From Patescibacteria group bacterium UBA5147 (GTDB lineage: Bacteria > Patescibacteriota > Saccharimonadia > UBA4664): 64,000 nt of DNA. The position numbers were made by a program, and so were the translations under genes. Every line of letters starts with the position of its first letter. The first letter of the stretch is position 1. The notes beneath the pieces are model-generated. The model made no database searches. It was not told the DNA's origin and worked only from the letters and a program-made list of their open reading frames with translations. Positions 38,321-50,937 of this stretch are shown here, piece after piece. The DNA lies in NCBI GenBank assembly GCA_002415345.1, contig DHXV01000003.1, forward strand, positions 152,213-216,212, in the 5' to 3' direction.

Positions 38321-39852
38321 GTGATCTGAATATCAAAGAGTTGACCGGCGAGCTGCAAGCTGCCATCGCGGGACTAACGTCCGCGAGCGGCCTTGGACAA
38401 ACCGGCATCGTCACCCGAGTCGGCGACGGAGTCGCCTGGATTTACGGCCTGACCGAATGCGGCTTCAGCGAAGTGGTCGAAATTGAGTCCGAAGCCGGTC
38501 CGGTCAAGGCCTTCGTCCTAAACCTCTACGAGGACGAAATCGGAGCGGTCCTGCTTGGCCAGGAACGCGACATCAAGGCCGGAGCACGCGTCAAGCTGAC
38601 CGGTGAAGTCCTGGAAGTCCCGGTTGGTCCGGAGCTCGTTGGCCGCGTGATCGATCCACTGGGCAAGCCCCTGGACGGCATGGGCCCGATTAAAACCCAC
38701 GCCACCGGTCCAATCGAACGCACTGCCCCCGGCGTCATGGCCCGCAAGAGTGTCTTTGAACCCCTGGCCACCGGCATCATCGCTGTCGATACCATGGTCC
38801 CGATCGGCCGCGGTCAGCGTGAGCTAATCATCGGTGACCGCCAGACCGGTAAGACCGCCATTGCCATCGATACCATGATCAACCAGACGAAGCAGAAGAC
38901 GGGCGTAATCAACGTCTACGTTGCCATCGGACAGAAAATGTCTAAAGTTGCCGCCCTGGTTGAGCGCCTCAAATCCGAAGGTGTCATGGAGCAGACCATC
39001 GTGGTCGCTACCAGCCCAGCCGACCCGGCGGCTTTACTGTACTTGGCGCCTTACGCCGGTACCGCCATCGGCGAGTATTTCCGTGATAACGGCGATCATG
39101 CCCTCATGATTTACGACGACCTTTCCAAGCACGCGGTGGCTTATCGCCAGATGTCGTTGCTGCTCCGGCGCCCACCGGGTCGCGAAGCGTACCCAGGCGA
39201 CGTCTTTTACCTCCATTCGCGCCTCCTGGAGCGCTCGGCCAAGCTCAACGACGAGTTGGGCGGCGGCAGTCTGACGGCATTGCCGATCGTCGAGACCCAG
39301 GGCGGCGACGTCAGCGCCTATATCCCCACCAACGTCATTTCAATTACCGACGGTCAGATTTATCTGGAGAGCAACTTGTTCTATCAGGGCATTCGCCCGG
39401 CCATATCGGTTGGGTTGTCGGTCAGCCGTGTCGGTAGTTCCGCTCAAACCAAAGCCACGAAGAGCGTCGCCGGGAGCCTGCGTATCGATCTCGCTCAATT
39501 CCGCGACCTGGCCGCGTTCGCTCAGTTTGCTAGCGACCTGGATGAGGACACCAAACAGCGAATAGCCCGCGGCAGCCTGTTGACTGAAGTGCTTAAGCAG
39601 AAGCAGTACCACCCGATGAGCGTGGCCGACCAGGTTATTACCCTGACGGCCGCTACCAAAGGTGCCTTTGATGGCCTTGAAACCGAAAACGCCCAATCGG
39701 CGGTCCATAGTCTGATCAGTGAAATGAACCAGCACCATAAGGCGATCGTTAAAGAGCTCAACGATGGCAATAAACCCAGCACTGAGTCCGTCGAGTCTAT
39801 CATTGCCGCTGGCAAGAAAATTGCCGCCACTTACGCCAAGGAGAAGAATTAA
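38317..39852 (+). CDS. atpA: F0F1 ATP synthase subunit alpha
   Basis: Walker A GDRQTGKT; conserved alpha-subunit core; 511 aa. Confidence 0.95.
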   Translation: MSDLNIKELTGELQAAIAGLTSASGLGQTGIVTRVGDGVAWIYGLTECGFSEVVEIESEAGPVKAFVLNLYEDEIGAVLLGQERDIKAGARVKLTGEVLEVPVGPELVGRVIDPLGKPLDGMGPIKTHATGPIERTAPGVMARKSVFEPLATGIIAVDTMVPIGRGQRELIIGDRQTGKTAIAIDTMINQTKQKTGVINVYVAIGQKMSKVAALVERLKSEGVMEQTIVVATSPADPAALLYLAPYAGTAIGEYFRDNGDHALMIYDDLSKHAVAYRQMSLLLRRPPGREAYPGDVFYLHSRLLERSAKLNDELGGGSLTALPIVETQGGDVSAYIPTNVISITDGQIYLESNLFYQGIRPAISVGLSVSRVGSSAQTKATKSVAGSLRIDLAQFRDLAAFAQFASDLDEDTKQRIARGSLLTEVLKQKQYHPMSVADQVITLTAATKGAFDGLETENAQSAVHSLISEMNQHHKAIVKELNDGNKPSTESVESIIAAGKKIAATYAKEKN

Positions 39853-39855
39853 GCC

Positions 39856-42100
<2,245 letters not shown>

Positions 42101-42101
<1 letters not shown>

Positions 42102-42514
42102 TGGATTTTGAACTTCTCACCTTAACGGGTGTTAAGTACCGCGGGGTGGTAGCAGAGGTGTCGCTTAAGACGGCGGCCGGCCAGATTGCCGTGAGGCCGG
42201 GGCATGAGCCCCTGACGACGATTGCCGTTCCCGGTCCGGTTGCCCTGCATTTTGATGATGGCAAAATTCAGTATTTCGCCGCCTTCGGGGGTTTGCTTGA
42301 GGTGACAGATGAACTGGTGCGCCTGCTGGCAGACGAGGCCGAACCTGGGGAAGACATGATTGAGTCCGAGGTCAAGGCCGCCCTGGAGCGGGCTGAGACC
42401 ATGAAGGCCAAAGCTAAGTCCGTGTATGATGTCCGCAAATCACGCGAGCTGGCCGGACGTCACGCCGTCAGGCTTGAAGTGGCCAAGCTCCATCGCCTCA
42501 ACCGCAAGAAATAA
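42101..42514 (+). CDS. atpC: F0F1 ATP synthase subunit epsilon
   Basis: 137 aa beta-sandwich + helical hairpin; position after atpD. Confidence 0.85.
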
Positions 42515-42516
42515 CC

Positions 42517-43926
42517 CTAGTCGACCGGAAAAATACTTTCCACCCACAGGCGGAGATCCTCAAGCACCGATGCCTGGAGCGGCGTAGCCGTTTGTAACGC
42601 CGACTGAAACTTCTTGGTGAACGCCGGCAGGCCGGCATTGATCCGCGCGGCCCGCTCAGAATCCCATTTGGTCTGCTCCTGTGGCGACAAGCTGTCGGGA
42701 TAGTTGCGTGCGCGGTAGCGCCAAAACAGCTCCGGCAAACGTTTATCACTGAATTTTGGCTTCAGATGAGACATTTGCTCGGGCGAGGCTTTGGTTATCT
42801 CCGTCAACTGACGCTTATCATTATCGCCGACGAAACCGCCGTAAAGCGCACCGTCTACATCGTCACGCGCAGCGAACTCCCGCTTCCGGGTGGCAGCGGC
42901 TATTAGTTTGGGTACCAGTCCGCTAAGCTCCAATTTCTTGAGATTAGCCAGAGCGGTTTCAGAAGTTAAGCCGATTCGCTCGGCGGCGGCCTCATCGAGT
43001 GTGCCAAGAGGAGCTACTGCCGGGCAGCGGTTAGCGTGCAGCGTTTTGACGGGCGGGCGTTTGATACCTTTGGTGTTAAGGTCAGCAGTCTTACTGTACA
43101 GCCGGTCACAGAGCTCATCCTCGGTCAGGGACGTGAATTCCGTTGGATCGTATCTGAGATCGTAAACGATGGATGAGCCATACTCACCCTCGCCTATGAC
43201 GATAGCAACTGTTGTAAACTGGTGCGCCCGTCCGTACATTACCGAGGTATAGACGAATGGTTCGGGAGCGGATGGCTTGATGACGGTGGCTACTTCATTT
43301 TTTGATCGCAATTTAAGCAGGAAATCAAACAGTTTCGGCTGCTTGACGCGTATCAGCCGTGAGACCGCGATAAGTGCCTCGACATCACTGAGGGCGTCGT
43401 GCGCCTTGGCATGTAACAGGTTATTGGCGCTGGACAGCGAAACCAGCGTATTAATCGGGTCGCCCTCGCTATCATTACTCCAGTTGATACCGCTTGGGCG
43501 GAGGGCTCGTGTCATTCTGACAACATCCAGCAGGTCCCAGCGCGAACGCCCTTCCGAGTGCGCCCAGGAATAGGGATCAACCAAATTACGGTAAAAGGTA
43601 TATCTAAGAAACTCGTCATCGAACCGGACACTGTTAAATCCGGTCATGATGGTGCCTGGCGTGCAGACATTGTTTTGCACGAAGTCAACGAAGGCCGCTT
43701 CAGTCAGCCCCTGCTTGGTCTGTTGCGGCGTAATTCCAGTAATCGTAATCGCTATGGGGTCAGGGAGGATATCGTCAGGAAGCCGGACAAGCAGGTTGAC
43801 CGGCTCGCCGATAGGCTCCAAATCCATAGTGGTACGGATCCCTGCGAATTGCATGATACGTTGGGTAGTAAAATCAATCCCGGAGGTTTCAAGATCGTAG
43901 AAAAAGAAGGTTGGCTCGCTTGTCAT
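42517..43926 (-). CDS. sbcB: exodeoxyribonuclease I
   Basis: DnaQ-like exo motif FFFYDLETSGID...; SH3-like and C-terminal helical domains typical of ExoI; start at MTSEP. Confidence 0.75.
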   Translation of the reverse strand: MTSEPTFFFYDLETSGIDFTTQRIMQFAGIRTTMDLEPIGEPVNLLVRLPDDILPDPIAITITGITPQQTKQGLTEAAFVDFVQNNVCTPGTIMTGFNSVRFDDEFLRYTFYRNLVDPYSWAHSEGRSRWDLLDVVRMTRALRPSGINWSNDSEGDPINTLVSLSSANNLLHAKAHDALSDVEALIAVSRLIRVKQPKLFDFLLKLRSKNEVATVIKPSAPEPFVYTSVMYGRAHQFTTVAIVIGEGEYGSSIVYDLRYDPTEFTSLTEDELCDRLYSKTADLNTKGIKRPPVKTLHANRCPAVAPLGTLDEAAAERIGLTSETALANLKKLELSGLVPKLIAAATRKREFAARDDVDGALYGGFVGDNDKRQLTEITKASPEQMSHLKPKFSDKRLPELFWRYRARNYPDSLSPQEQTKWDSERAARINAGLPAFTKKFQSALQTATPLQASVLEDLRLWVESIFPVD

Positions 43927-43982
43927 TGACACTAGCATAGCAAAGTTTACGGTCGGCCGTCATCTGCGAACATTGCCCGTTC

Positions 43983-45239
43983 TTAGTCCTCCCGCTTTAG
44001 GCCTGGTTTAGGCTTAATTACGGGTAACCTTTCGTACAGCGCCATATCCATAGTCTTGGCGGCAGATATCAGCTTGGCTGACGTTGCATCGGCCGCATTG
44101 ATGCTGTCGGTGTAGAGTTCGATGAATTGGTGTGCCAGGGCCGGAATTGAGAAGTTCTCCTCGACATGCGCGCGTGACGCGCTTCGATCCAGCTTCGCTA
44201 ACATCTCCGGGCGCAAATATTCACACAGTTCTTCCCATGTTTGTGCCAGATAGCCGGTGACGCCATGCTCGACGAGCTCGGGCATAGCCCCTGTTGCCAT
44301 TGCGACGACCGGAGTACCACTGGCCATCGCCTCGATTGCGACCATCCCGAAAGGCTCTTCCCAGCGGTTGGGTACCACGAGTGCCGTGGCTTCACCGAGC
44401 AGCTGGTGTTTGTGCTCGCCACTGACGTTACCGTGGAAGCGAATAACCTCCCCGTCAATTTGGTGCCTGAATGACAGGAACGTTTTGAAGTCAGCCTTGC
44501 TGGTAATCTTGCTTGCGCTACCCTTGGCGATTTCGGCCTCCATTTCCTCGATAGATGCAATTTCTGCCACTGTACCAGCTATGTCCAAAGTGACTTTGTT
44601 CGTCGCGCAGTAATCAACCAGGCGATCCTGACCTTTATCGGCACAGATGCGTCCCAGTACCAGGAGACGCCCGCTTGAGCCTCTTCCCACTGGGTAATCC
44701 GCTGGGTTCAGTCCATTATAGATGATACGGGTGCGCTGCCACATGAACGGGTGTGCACTAAGTTGTGCCTTGGAAATTCCGGTGTAGGCTAGGCGGGGAA
44801 TCTTAAGCAGCAATTTATAGGTTTCTGCATAGGGTGCAATCGGTCCATGGATAGTGTGGATTACCGGAGGGTAGTTGCCGGAATTCAGGGGTGCGCTCAG
44901 GGAATTCAAAATCGACAACATGCCGGAGAAATCGTGAATTATGTCGAACTTGCGGCGATGGATAATATCCAGCACACGCGCAATATACAGCTCCACGGCC
45001 GGAACGACATCATTATACGGATGAGACAGAATCGAGTAAAGCGGTTCGGTAATCTGAAGCTTTTCGCTCACTTTGAGGGTTGATCCGTAGGGTGTTGTCA
45101 TGGTTATATGGGCACCTTGCGCTTCCAATTCGGGTACCAGAGCCGCCGCAACGGCTTCAATCCCACCATATCCCTCCGGTGGAGTCGGTAAACAGGGAGG
45201 CATTACAAACAACACATTTAAAGATCTACGCTTGGACAT
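43983..45239 (-). CDS. GT4-family glycosyltransferase (retaining, GT-B)
   Basis: EX7E region EEPFGMVAIEAMASGTPVV; N-terminal VLFVMPPCLPTPPEGYGG. Confidence 0.8.
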   Translation of the reverse strand: MSKRRSLNVLFVMPPCLPTPPEGYGGIEAVAAALVPELEAQGAHITMTTPYGSTLKVSEKLQITEPLYSILSHPYNDVVPAVELYIARVLDIIHRRKFDIIHDFSGMLSILNSLSAPLNSGNYPPVIHTIHGPIAPYAETYKLLLKIPRLAYTGISKAQLSAHPFMWQRTRIIYNGLNPADYPVGRGSSGRLLVLGRICADKGQDRLVDYCATNKVTLDIAGTVAEIASIEEMEAEIAKGSASKITSKADFKTFLSFRHQIDGEVIRFHGNVSGEHKHQLLGEATALVVPNRWEEPFGMVAIEAMASGTPVVAMATGAMPELVEHGVTGYLAQTWEELCEYLRPEMLAKLDRSASRAHVEENFSIPALAHQFIELYTDSINAADATSAKLISAAKTMDMALYERLPVIKPKPGLKRED

Positions 45240-45329
45240 GAGTTTCTCCTTTGCCGAGTCTTAGATCGTGGCCTCGAGCCATGAGCGTAATCTTAACTGC
45301 GTCAGCGGTGTCAATCATTGTTATAAATG

Positions 45330-47219
45330 CTAAGAAACCGCCTTCAATATCACGCGCGCACCGGCGGCGCTCCAAAGTTGGACCATGTTCATTTGTCCCT
45401 CGGGGTGAGGCTGATCGGAGTAAAGGCGCGGTTTCCCCTTGTCGTCATAGTGAAGCTCGGGTATGGCGCCCATTTGCATAAAGGCGTCTATGCTTGCATT
45501 GGACGTTGTTACAACGGCGTTATGGATCTGTTTCTGTTCTTCGGCCGTCCAGCCCTCATTTTTGGCCCTTATTGCTTGTTTTTGCAGGCCTTTGATGATG
45601 AACGCCGTTTGTTTGGTCCAAATTACCTCGCCGTGGTACTGCGAGTGGTCGTATCCCATTCCGGCACCAACCACCAGCGGTCCGGACGGAGTGAAGAAGT
45701 ATTCCGGCATCATTAATCGTTCCGCAAAACTGACAACGTCGGCGCGCTCAGGCGTACCGTAAACGTGAGAATAGGCCTCATCAGTGTGCCCGACTCGTAG
45801 GAGTTTGAATTCTTCGATTGCAGTCGTCGAGGCCGGCGCATACAGGGCAAGGCCCATCACCGAACGGCCATTGCGGTCCGTAAAACGAAAATGCTCACCC
45901 TTGTGCGACCACTCTTCCGCCAAGTCCATAGCCTCATCCCCGTCTATCTCGAGCTCATCTGCGTGAGCGGCAATCATTTTGAGCGCCTCGGGATAGAACA
46001 CTACGTTTACGTCATAGGGAGCGATCATGGGCCCTACCCGCTGGTACGCCAGCAGGCTGTCGCGCCAGTTGCCTGCGTGGTAGTATTCGTCGCCACGGTG
46101 GCGTTTAAATGGCAGGGCGAGTTTATTGAAGGCAACCAGCGGCTCACGCTTGGCTCGCTTCATAATGTAACGCGCCACGTGGCGGAGCCTAATCTGGTCT
46201 CCGGCGCTGAATTGGTCAAAGGCCATCCGTTTGAGCCCCAACAGGTAATGCGGTTCAATATCGATCATCAGGCGCGTCACAAACAGCTCGTCCAACTGTT
46301 CCAGTAATTTCCGGAACTGCGGGCTAGCCGGATGACCGGGGTCAATGAACATATCGAAACCGCTTGAAAGGTGCTCAATTTCCTGTTGCCGTTCGTAAGA
46401 GAATTCACCGACGATGTTTTCATGCCACCCGGCACCGCGCTCATTCACATGACGCAGCGACTCCGAATACATGAAGCGGTAAGTTTCGTCAGTCAGCTCG
46501 TCACTGAGGAGGTCGGCTGATTCCATCCAATCCCGCGGGAAGACGGTTCCATAGTCGAAGCCGCTGGTTTTTCGTCCCTGCACGAGGTGCTGGATTTCAG
46601 CTGTCGTACGATTCCAGAGCCGTTTGTTTTTTACGCCCTTCATCCGGGTTACGGCATCTTCGGCGTCCTCGTTAAAAATCTGACCATCATAGGTTTCTGG
46701 TATTTCATCCGCATCAGTATCGATGATTACTTTAATTTCTCCCCCGGCGCCGACGATCTTGAAGCCGCGGAGCAGATCGTCCCGGTGCAGCGTGGTGCCT
46801 TTTTCAAATGTCATCACCACACCATAAAAGTGATCCCCATAGGCTCGGGTGTAGCGAACTGTCGGTATGCCGTCGGTGTTTTCTGCTGATATGTTCGTTG
46901 GCGCCAACAGGCCTGGGGATTCCACATTCACATGGGCAAAACTACGTGTCGGCTCCCCAAACAATTGGATTTCATCACGCACTTGACGAATGTGCCCCAT
47001 GGCTGGGTCCGGGAGAAAATCATCTTTAAGCCGCAATGAGACATGAAGCCTCAGCTGATGTAATCTCAGTTCAACTTTTCCGACGGTAATCTGGATGCCA
47101 TATATTCCGGCCGATCCGTAATACAGATGATTGTAAGGCCCTACAATTCTTAATTGACCCAGTTCATCAATATCGATATAAAAACTGTTGTAGAGCCATA
47201 ACTTGTCATCGATTTGCAT
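45330..47219 (-). CDS. large glycoside hydrolase (six-hairpin/GDE- or GH63-like fold suspected)
   Basis: 629 aa; GFDYGTVFPRDW resembles the amylo-alpha-1,6-glucosidase-type motif (DWGRD); adjacent to GT4. Family assignment uncertain. Confidence 0.45.
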   Translation of the reverse strand: MQIDDKLWLYNSFYIDIDELGQLRIVGPYNHLYYGSAGIYGIQITVGKVELRLHQLRLHVSLRLKDDFLPDPAMGHIRQVRDEIQLFGEPTRSFAHVNVESPGLLAPTNISAENTDGIPTVRYTRAYGDHFYGVVMTFEKGTTLHRDDLLRGFKIVGAGGEIKVIIDTDADEIPETYDGQIFNEDAEDAVTRMKGVKNKRLWNRTTAEIQHLVQGRKTSGFDYGTVFPRDWMESADLLSDELTDETYRFMYSESLRHVNERGAGWHENIVGEFSYERQQEIEHLSSGFDMFIDPGHPASPQFRKLLEQLDELFVTRLMIDIEPHYLLGLKRMAFDQFSAGDQIRLRHVARYIMKRAKREPLVAFNKLALPFKRHRGDEYYHAGNWRDSLLAYQRVGPMIAPYDVNVVFYPEALKMIAAHADELEIDGDEAMDLAEEWSHKGEHFRFTDRNGRSVMGLALYAPASTTAIEEFKLLRVGHTDEAYSHVYGTPERADVVSFAERLMMPEYFFTPSGPLVVGAGMGYDHSQYHGEVIWTKQTAFIIKGLQKQAIRAKNEGWTAEEQKQIHNAVVTTSNASIDAFMQMGAIPELHYDDKGKPRLYSDQPHPEGQMNMVQLWSAAGARVILKAVS

Positions 47220-47294
47220 TGGGGGCGCCTCTTAGTGTCCCCTAAGTCTAATTAGGTCGACAACTAAGATATTTAGAAGAACTTCCAAGGCGGT

Positions 47295-47723
47295 TTAGGC
47301 TTGCTGGCTTGCCATATGTTGTTCACGGGCCTTATTCGCCCACACGTCCGCCAGTTCATTACCGGGATCATCATTATGTCCGCGGACCCAGATCAGATGT
47401 GCCTGGGAAGCGCGGTACAGCATAACGGCCTCTTTGACGATTTCGAGGTTCTTGATTTCCCCGCCCTTTTTCTTCCACCCGTTGCGTTCCCAGGTTAACG
47501 ACCATTTAGTGATGACGTTGATCCAGAATTCTGAATCGGAATATATTTCGCAGGGCTCTCCGGCCGCGTCCCTGAGTGCGGCAATCAGGGCTTTGCCCTC
47601 CATCCGGATATTCGTCGAATCCGCTTCACCGCCTAGAATGTGCGGTTTCATTTCTTTGATAACGGCAAATCCGCCCGGACCAGGATTTGGCGTACACGAA
47701 CCATCGGTGTAGTAGGTAATCAT
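47295..47723 (-). CDS. rnhA: ribonuclease HI
   Basis: YTDGSC...GGFAV...EGKALIAAL...YSDSEF...HNDDPGNELADVWA: canonical RNase H catalytic residues. Confidence 0.9.
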   Translation of the reverse strand: MITYYTDGSCTPNPGPGGFAVIKEMKPHILGGEADSTNIRMEGKALIAALRDAAGEPCEIYSDSEFWINVITKWSLTWERNGWKKKGGEIKNLEIVKEAVMLYRASQAHLIWVRGHNDDPGNELADVWANKAREQHMASQQA

Positions 47724-47797
47724 TAGAGTATTGTATCAGGTTGTGTGATCACTGGACTCCTTGACATGCCAATTGGATAAATGCATAGTTCGTACAG

Positions 47798-48109
47798 GTG
47801 TTGCTCATTCAATTTCCGGAGGCTCGCGTGACGAGTAAGAAAAGGACCACCGGCCTGATAACAGCCGGCCTAGGTACAGCCGGCCTCGGTCTGCTGCTGT
47901 TGGCATACTATCGCAATAGAGAGAAGGAATCTGGCAACTTGGCCAAGGCTTGGGTCTATGACCAGGTAATCGCCAATAAGGTAATAGATGAGGAAGAAGT
48001 GGCCGAATGGCTTCTTAAAGCCAGGTTCGTGAGCAGTAAACGAGCGGCCAAAAAGGCCATCGGCGAGGTTTTAGACAATATAGCCTCAATACGGAAAAAG
48101 CCAAAATGA
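47798..48109 (+). CDS. hypothetical membrane protein (1 TM)
   Basis: 103-aa ORF; start uncertain. Confidence 0.4.
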   Translation: MLLIQFPEARVTSKKRTTGLITAGLGTAGLGLLLLAYYRNREKESGNLAKAWVYDQVIANKVIDEEEVAEWLLKARFVSSKRAAKKAIGEVLDNIASIRKKPK

Positions 48110-48124
48110 CCGATCCTCAACTCA

Positions 48125-48160
48125 TGAGGCCGCCTTGCAGTTATGTAAGGCGGCCTCTTT
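48125..48160. terminator. bidirectional rho-independent terminator between convergent genes
   Basis: GAGGCCGCCTT-gcagttatgt-AAGGCGGCCTC followed by TTTT. Confidence 0.7.
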
Positions 48161-48191
48161 TCAAATCTAAGCGTCTGTTCGGCCTGAGAAT

Positions 48192-48845
48192 CTATTTGCT
48201 GTTAAGTGGCAACAACAAATCTTTGTGATTATTCTTGATATTGCCAACCGAGCGATCGACTTCATAACGTACCATGTCATCGTCTTCGTACGGCCGAAGG
48301 AGCAGCTGCAAGGCCTCCGGTTCGGCCGCGTAGTCAAGCCATAGCGCCTCATCGGCGGGGTGAAGAATTACCGGCATGCGGTCCTGAACGTCCTCAATGG
48401 TCTTATTTGCCGACGTCGTAATAATGGTAAAGCTTTTATGCGCTACGCTCTGAGCGTCATACCAGACATCGAACAGCCCGGCAAAATGGAAATTCTTTTG
48501 TTCTTTTAATGAAAAATAATACGACTGCTTAAAGGTTGGTCGCTGTTGCCATCCATAGAATCCGCTGGCGGGCACAAGGCACCGGTACTTCTTAAAAGGC
48601 GTCCGGTAAATTGGCTTGTCCGCCAGCGTTTCACCGCGGGCGTTGATGCTGGTAAAACTTGATTTGAACTCTTTAGACGTTGAAGGGACAAGGCCCCATT
48701 TCATGACTTCAAGGCCGTCAGATGTAATGACGGGCATCTTCTGCATCGGGGCGACATTGTAGTTCGGAGAGAGGTCGCCAAGGTTTGCATCCTGGTAGGC
48801 TTTTACCTCAGAAGCGGTCGGAATGTAGGTATATCGTTCACACAT
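48192..48845 (-). CDS. SOS response-associated peptidase (SRAP/YedK, abasic-site processing protein)
   Basis: N-terminal MCERY (catalytic Cys2 of the MCGR[FY] motif); conserved SRAP core. Confidence 0.85.
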   Translation of the reverse strand: MCERYTYIPTASEVKAYQDANLGDLSPNYNVAPMQKMPVITSDGLEVMKWGLVPSTSKEFKSSFTSINARGETLADKPIYRTPFKKYRCLVPASGFYGWQQRPTFKQSYYFSLKEQKNFHFAGLFDVWYDAQSVAHKSFTIITTSANKTIEDVQDRMPVILHPADEALWLDYAAEPEALQLLLRPYEDDDMVRYEVDRSVGNIKNNHKDLLLPLNSK

Positions 48846-48930
48846 GAGCCTATTTTACACTTTTTTGCTCTCAACCGCCATTGTTCCGTCAAGATTGCAT
48901 ATTCTGTCCGGGAGATATCCTCGGAACCTC

Positions 48931-50037
48931 CTACCGAGGAACGGCTTCCCAGGAGGGATGCTTGCCCCCGAAGTGGCCATATTTGGCAATCATTTCGTAT
49001 CTTTGTTCCTTTAATGCCAAGGCGGAAATAATACCGGACACGGACGTATGGATGCACCCGTCGGCAAATCCCCGAAGCTTAGCCTCACTGACGGTTGAGG
49101 TCCCAAAGCTTTCGATTCGCAGGGCTACGGCTTCCTTAGCCCCGATATAGTAACTCAACCCCACCTCGCATCGTTCGGCCAGTCCTGCTGCCACGATATT
49201 CTTGGCGATGTACCTTGCGGCATACGCACCGGACCGGTCAACCTTGGACGGATCCTTGCCGCTGAACGCCCCGCCCCCGACCCGCGCATATCCACCGTAG
49301 GTATCAACCACGATTTTTCTGCCGGTCAGCCCGGCGTCGACAGCCGGACCGGGATGGTGCCACACTCCGGTACCGTTGACCACGATATCTTTCTCGTCCA
49401 CCTGGTATCCATATCCAGCCAGCGCCGGTGCTATGACCTGGCTGTAGATGTCGGCCTGGACCTGCACTAGGCTGACAACCTCATCATGAGGTTTGGCGAC
49501 AGTCACCTGGTCGATGCCGACAGGTTGGCCGTTCCGGTATCGCACGGTGACTTGGGCCTTTCCGTCAGGACGCAGGTACGGAAGGGTGGAATTTTGGGCA
49601 ACGTCCAGCCCGCGGGCGATGGCGTGGGCCAGCATGATAGGCAGCGGCATGAGTTCAGACGTCTCCTGGCAGGCGTAACCGAACATCATTCCCTGATCTC
49701 CGGCCCCGTCGTCATCGACGCCGCGGGCGATTTCCGGTGATTGCTGTTGCAGGTAAACGTCGACTACGGCCGTGTCGAAACTAAAGCCCCATTCCGGGCG
49801 GGTATAGCCCAGCCGCTTCACCACGTCACGGGCTATCTGGGCGTAATCAACTTTGGCATGTGTGGTAACCTCGCCCAGCAGGATAATGCGGTTTTTGGTG
49901 ACGACGGTTTCAACCGCGACACGACCGTCCGGATCCCGGGTCAGAATCGCGTCCAGGACAGCATCGCTTATCTGATCGCAAATCTTGTCGGGATGACCGG
50001 CGCAAACTGATTCGGACGTGAACGTGGAGTAGGACAT
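48931..50037 (-). CDS. metK: S-adenosylmethionine synthetase
   Basis: GHPDKICDQISDA...; GGGAFSGKDPSKVDRS. Start set at MSYSTF, preceded by GAAAGG. Confidence 0.9.
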   Translation of the reverse strand: MSYSTFTSESVCAGHPDKICDQISDAVLDAILTRDPDGRVAVETVVTKNRIILLGEVTTHAKVDYAQIARDVVKRLGYTRPEWGFSFDTAVVDVYLQQQSPEIARGVDDDGAGDQGMMFGYACQETSELMPLPIMLAHAIARGLDVAQNSTLPYLRPDGKAQVTVRYRNGQPVGIDQVTVAKPHDEVVSLVQVQADIYSQVIAPALAGYGYQVDEKDIVVNGTGVWHHPGPAVDAGLTGRKIVVDTYGGYARVGGGAFSGKDPSKVDRSGAYAARYIAKNIVAAGLAERCEVGLSYYIGAKEAVALRIESFGTSTVSEAKLRGFADGCIHTSVSGIISALALKEQRYEMIAKYGHFGGKHPSWEAVPR

Positions 50038-50190
50038 AAAAATGCCTTTCTCCCGTGTTGTGAAGAAAGGCATTTTCTGAGCCTCATATCTCCCCTTACG
50101 GGCTAGATGAACCACCGTCCAGCTTGCGCTGAGGTTGGCGGCAGGTCAACGGGCTAGGTCCCTCGCTGCGCTCTTGATATGGATATTTAA
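50038..50190 (-). promoter_or_regulatory. SAM-I (S-box) riboswitch in the metK leader with terminator/SD-sequestering hairpin
   Basis: Minus-strand leader AUAUCAAGAGCGCAGCGAGGGACCUAGCCCGUUGACCUGCCGCCAACC...GGAGAUAUGAGG matches S-box blocks AUCAAGAG..GAGGGA..GGCCC..GCAACC..AGAUGAG with P1 AUAUC/GAUAU. A 12-bp hairpin AAAAUGCCUUUC/GAAAGGCAUUUU plus UUUUU ends 1 nt before the AUG and buries the SD. Confidence 0.7.
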
Positions 50191-50434
50191 TTGTGAGGCT
50201 AGTTTAACACGACAGCCAGCAACCGGACTACTCCGTTTTGCTTACGGGAGCTGGCGGAAGCTTGGGCTTCTTCGGCTGTTTAGGCTTCTTAGTCTCTTTT
50301 TTACCTTTATCCTTGGCCATTTGATTGCCTCATTCCTGCGAAATTATAATCTCAGACCATTGTACGTCCCCGGGTTCTAATTGTCATATTTCTGTATATT
50401 GCACATTGCCAGGCACTGGAGTAGCGTAGAGAAC

Positions 50435-50911
50435 ATGTTGTACGTATCTGCAACCTTCGTTGTGTTTCCTTTTCCTCGAGCCGACGTGTATCGGGAGCTG
50501 ACGGATTTGTCGAATTTACCGGCTTGGAACAGGAACCTTGTGAGCGTAGCGCCGATGGAAGTGATGCGTGAGGGGTTGCGCTTCCGCATCGCCAGCCGCC
50601 TGTGTGGCGTGGTAAATACTTCAACCGTAGCCGTGGAGCGTTTGGTTGAGAACGAGTTTATCGAGTTATCCAGCAAGACGGGCCTGATTTCGTTCCGTGC
50701 GCTGTTTAATTTTGTTGAGAATTCCCCGAAGGAAACCGAAGTGATCTGCACCTTACGATTCGAGTTCAAAGGGTTTGTCTTTAACGCTGCCAGGCAAGTG
50801 GTTGAGTCTATGGCTAAGATGCGCTGCCAACGCGAATTGCTGGATCTCCGCACATATATCGTAAATTGCATGCCCAAGCCCCGTACTATGATCTCCAGCC
50901 GGAAGAGCTAA
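50435..50911 (+). CDS. SRPBCC (START/polyketide-cyclase-like) family protein
   Basis: Fold-typical beta-strand/helix pattern; start taken at the internal Met (the ORF track begins at 50381). Confidence 0.55.
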   Translation: MLYVSATFVVFPFPRADVYRELTDLSNLPAWNRNLVSVAPMEVMREGLRFRIASRLCGVVNTSTVAVERLVENEFIELSSKTGLISFRALFNFVENSPKETEVICTLRFEFKGFVFNAARQVVESMAKMRCQRELLDLRTYIVNCMPKPRTMISSRKS

Positions 50912-50937
50912 CAGCAAGAGGCTTTTTGAGCGCTGTC

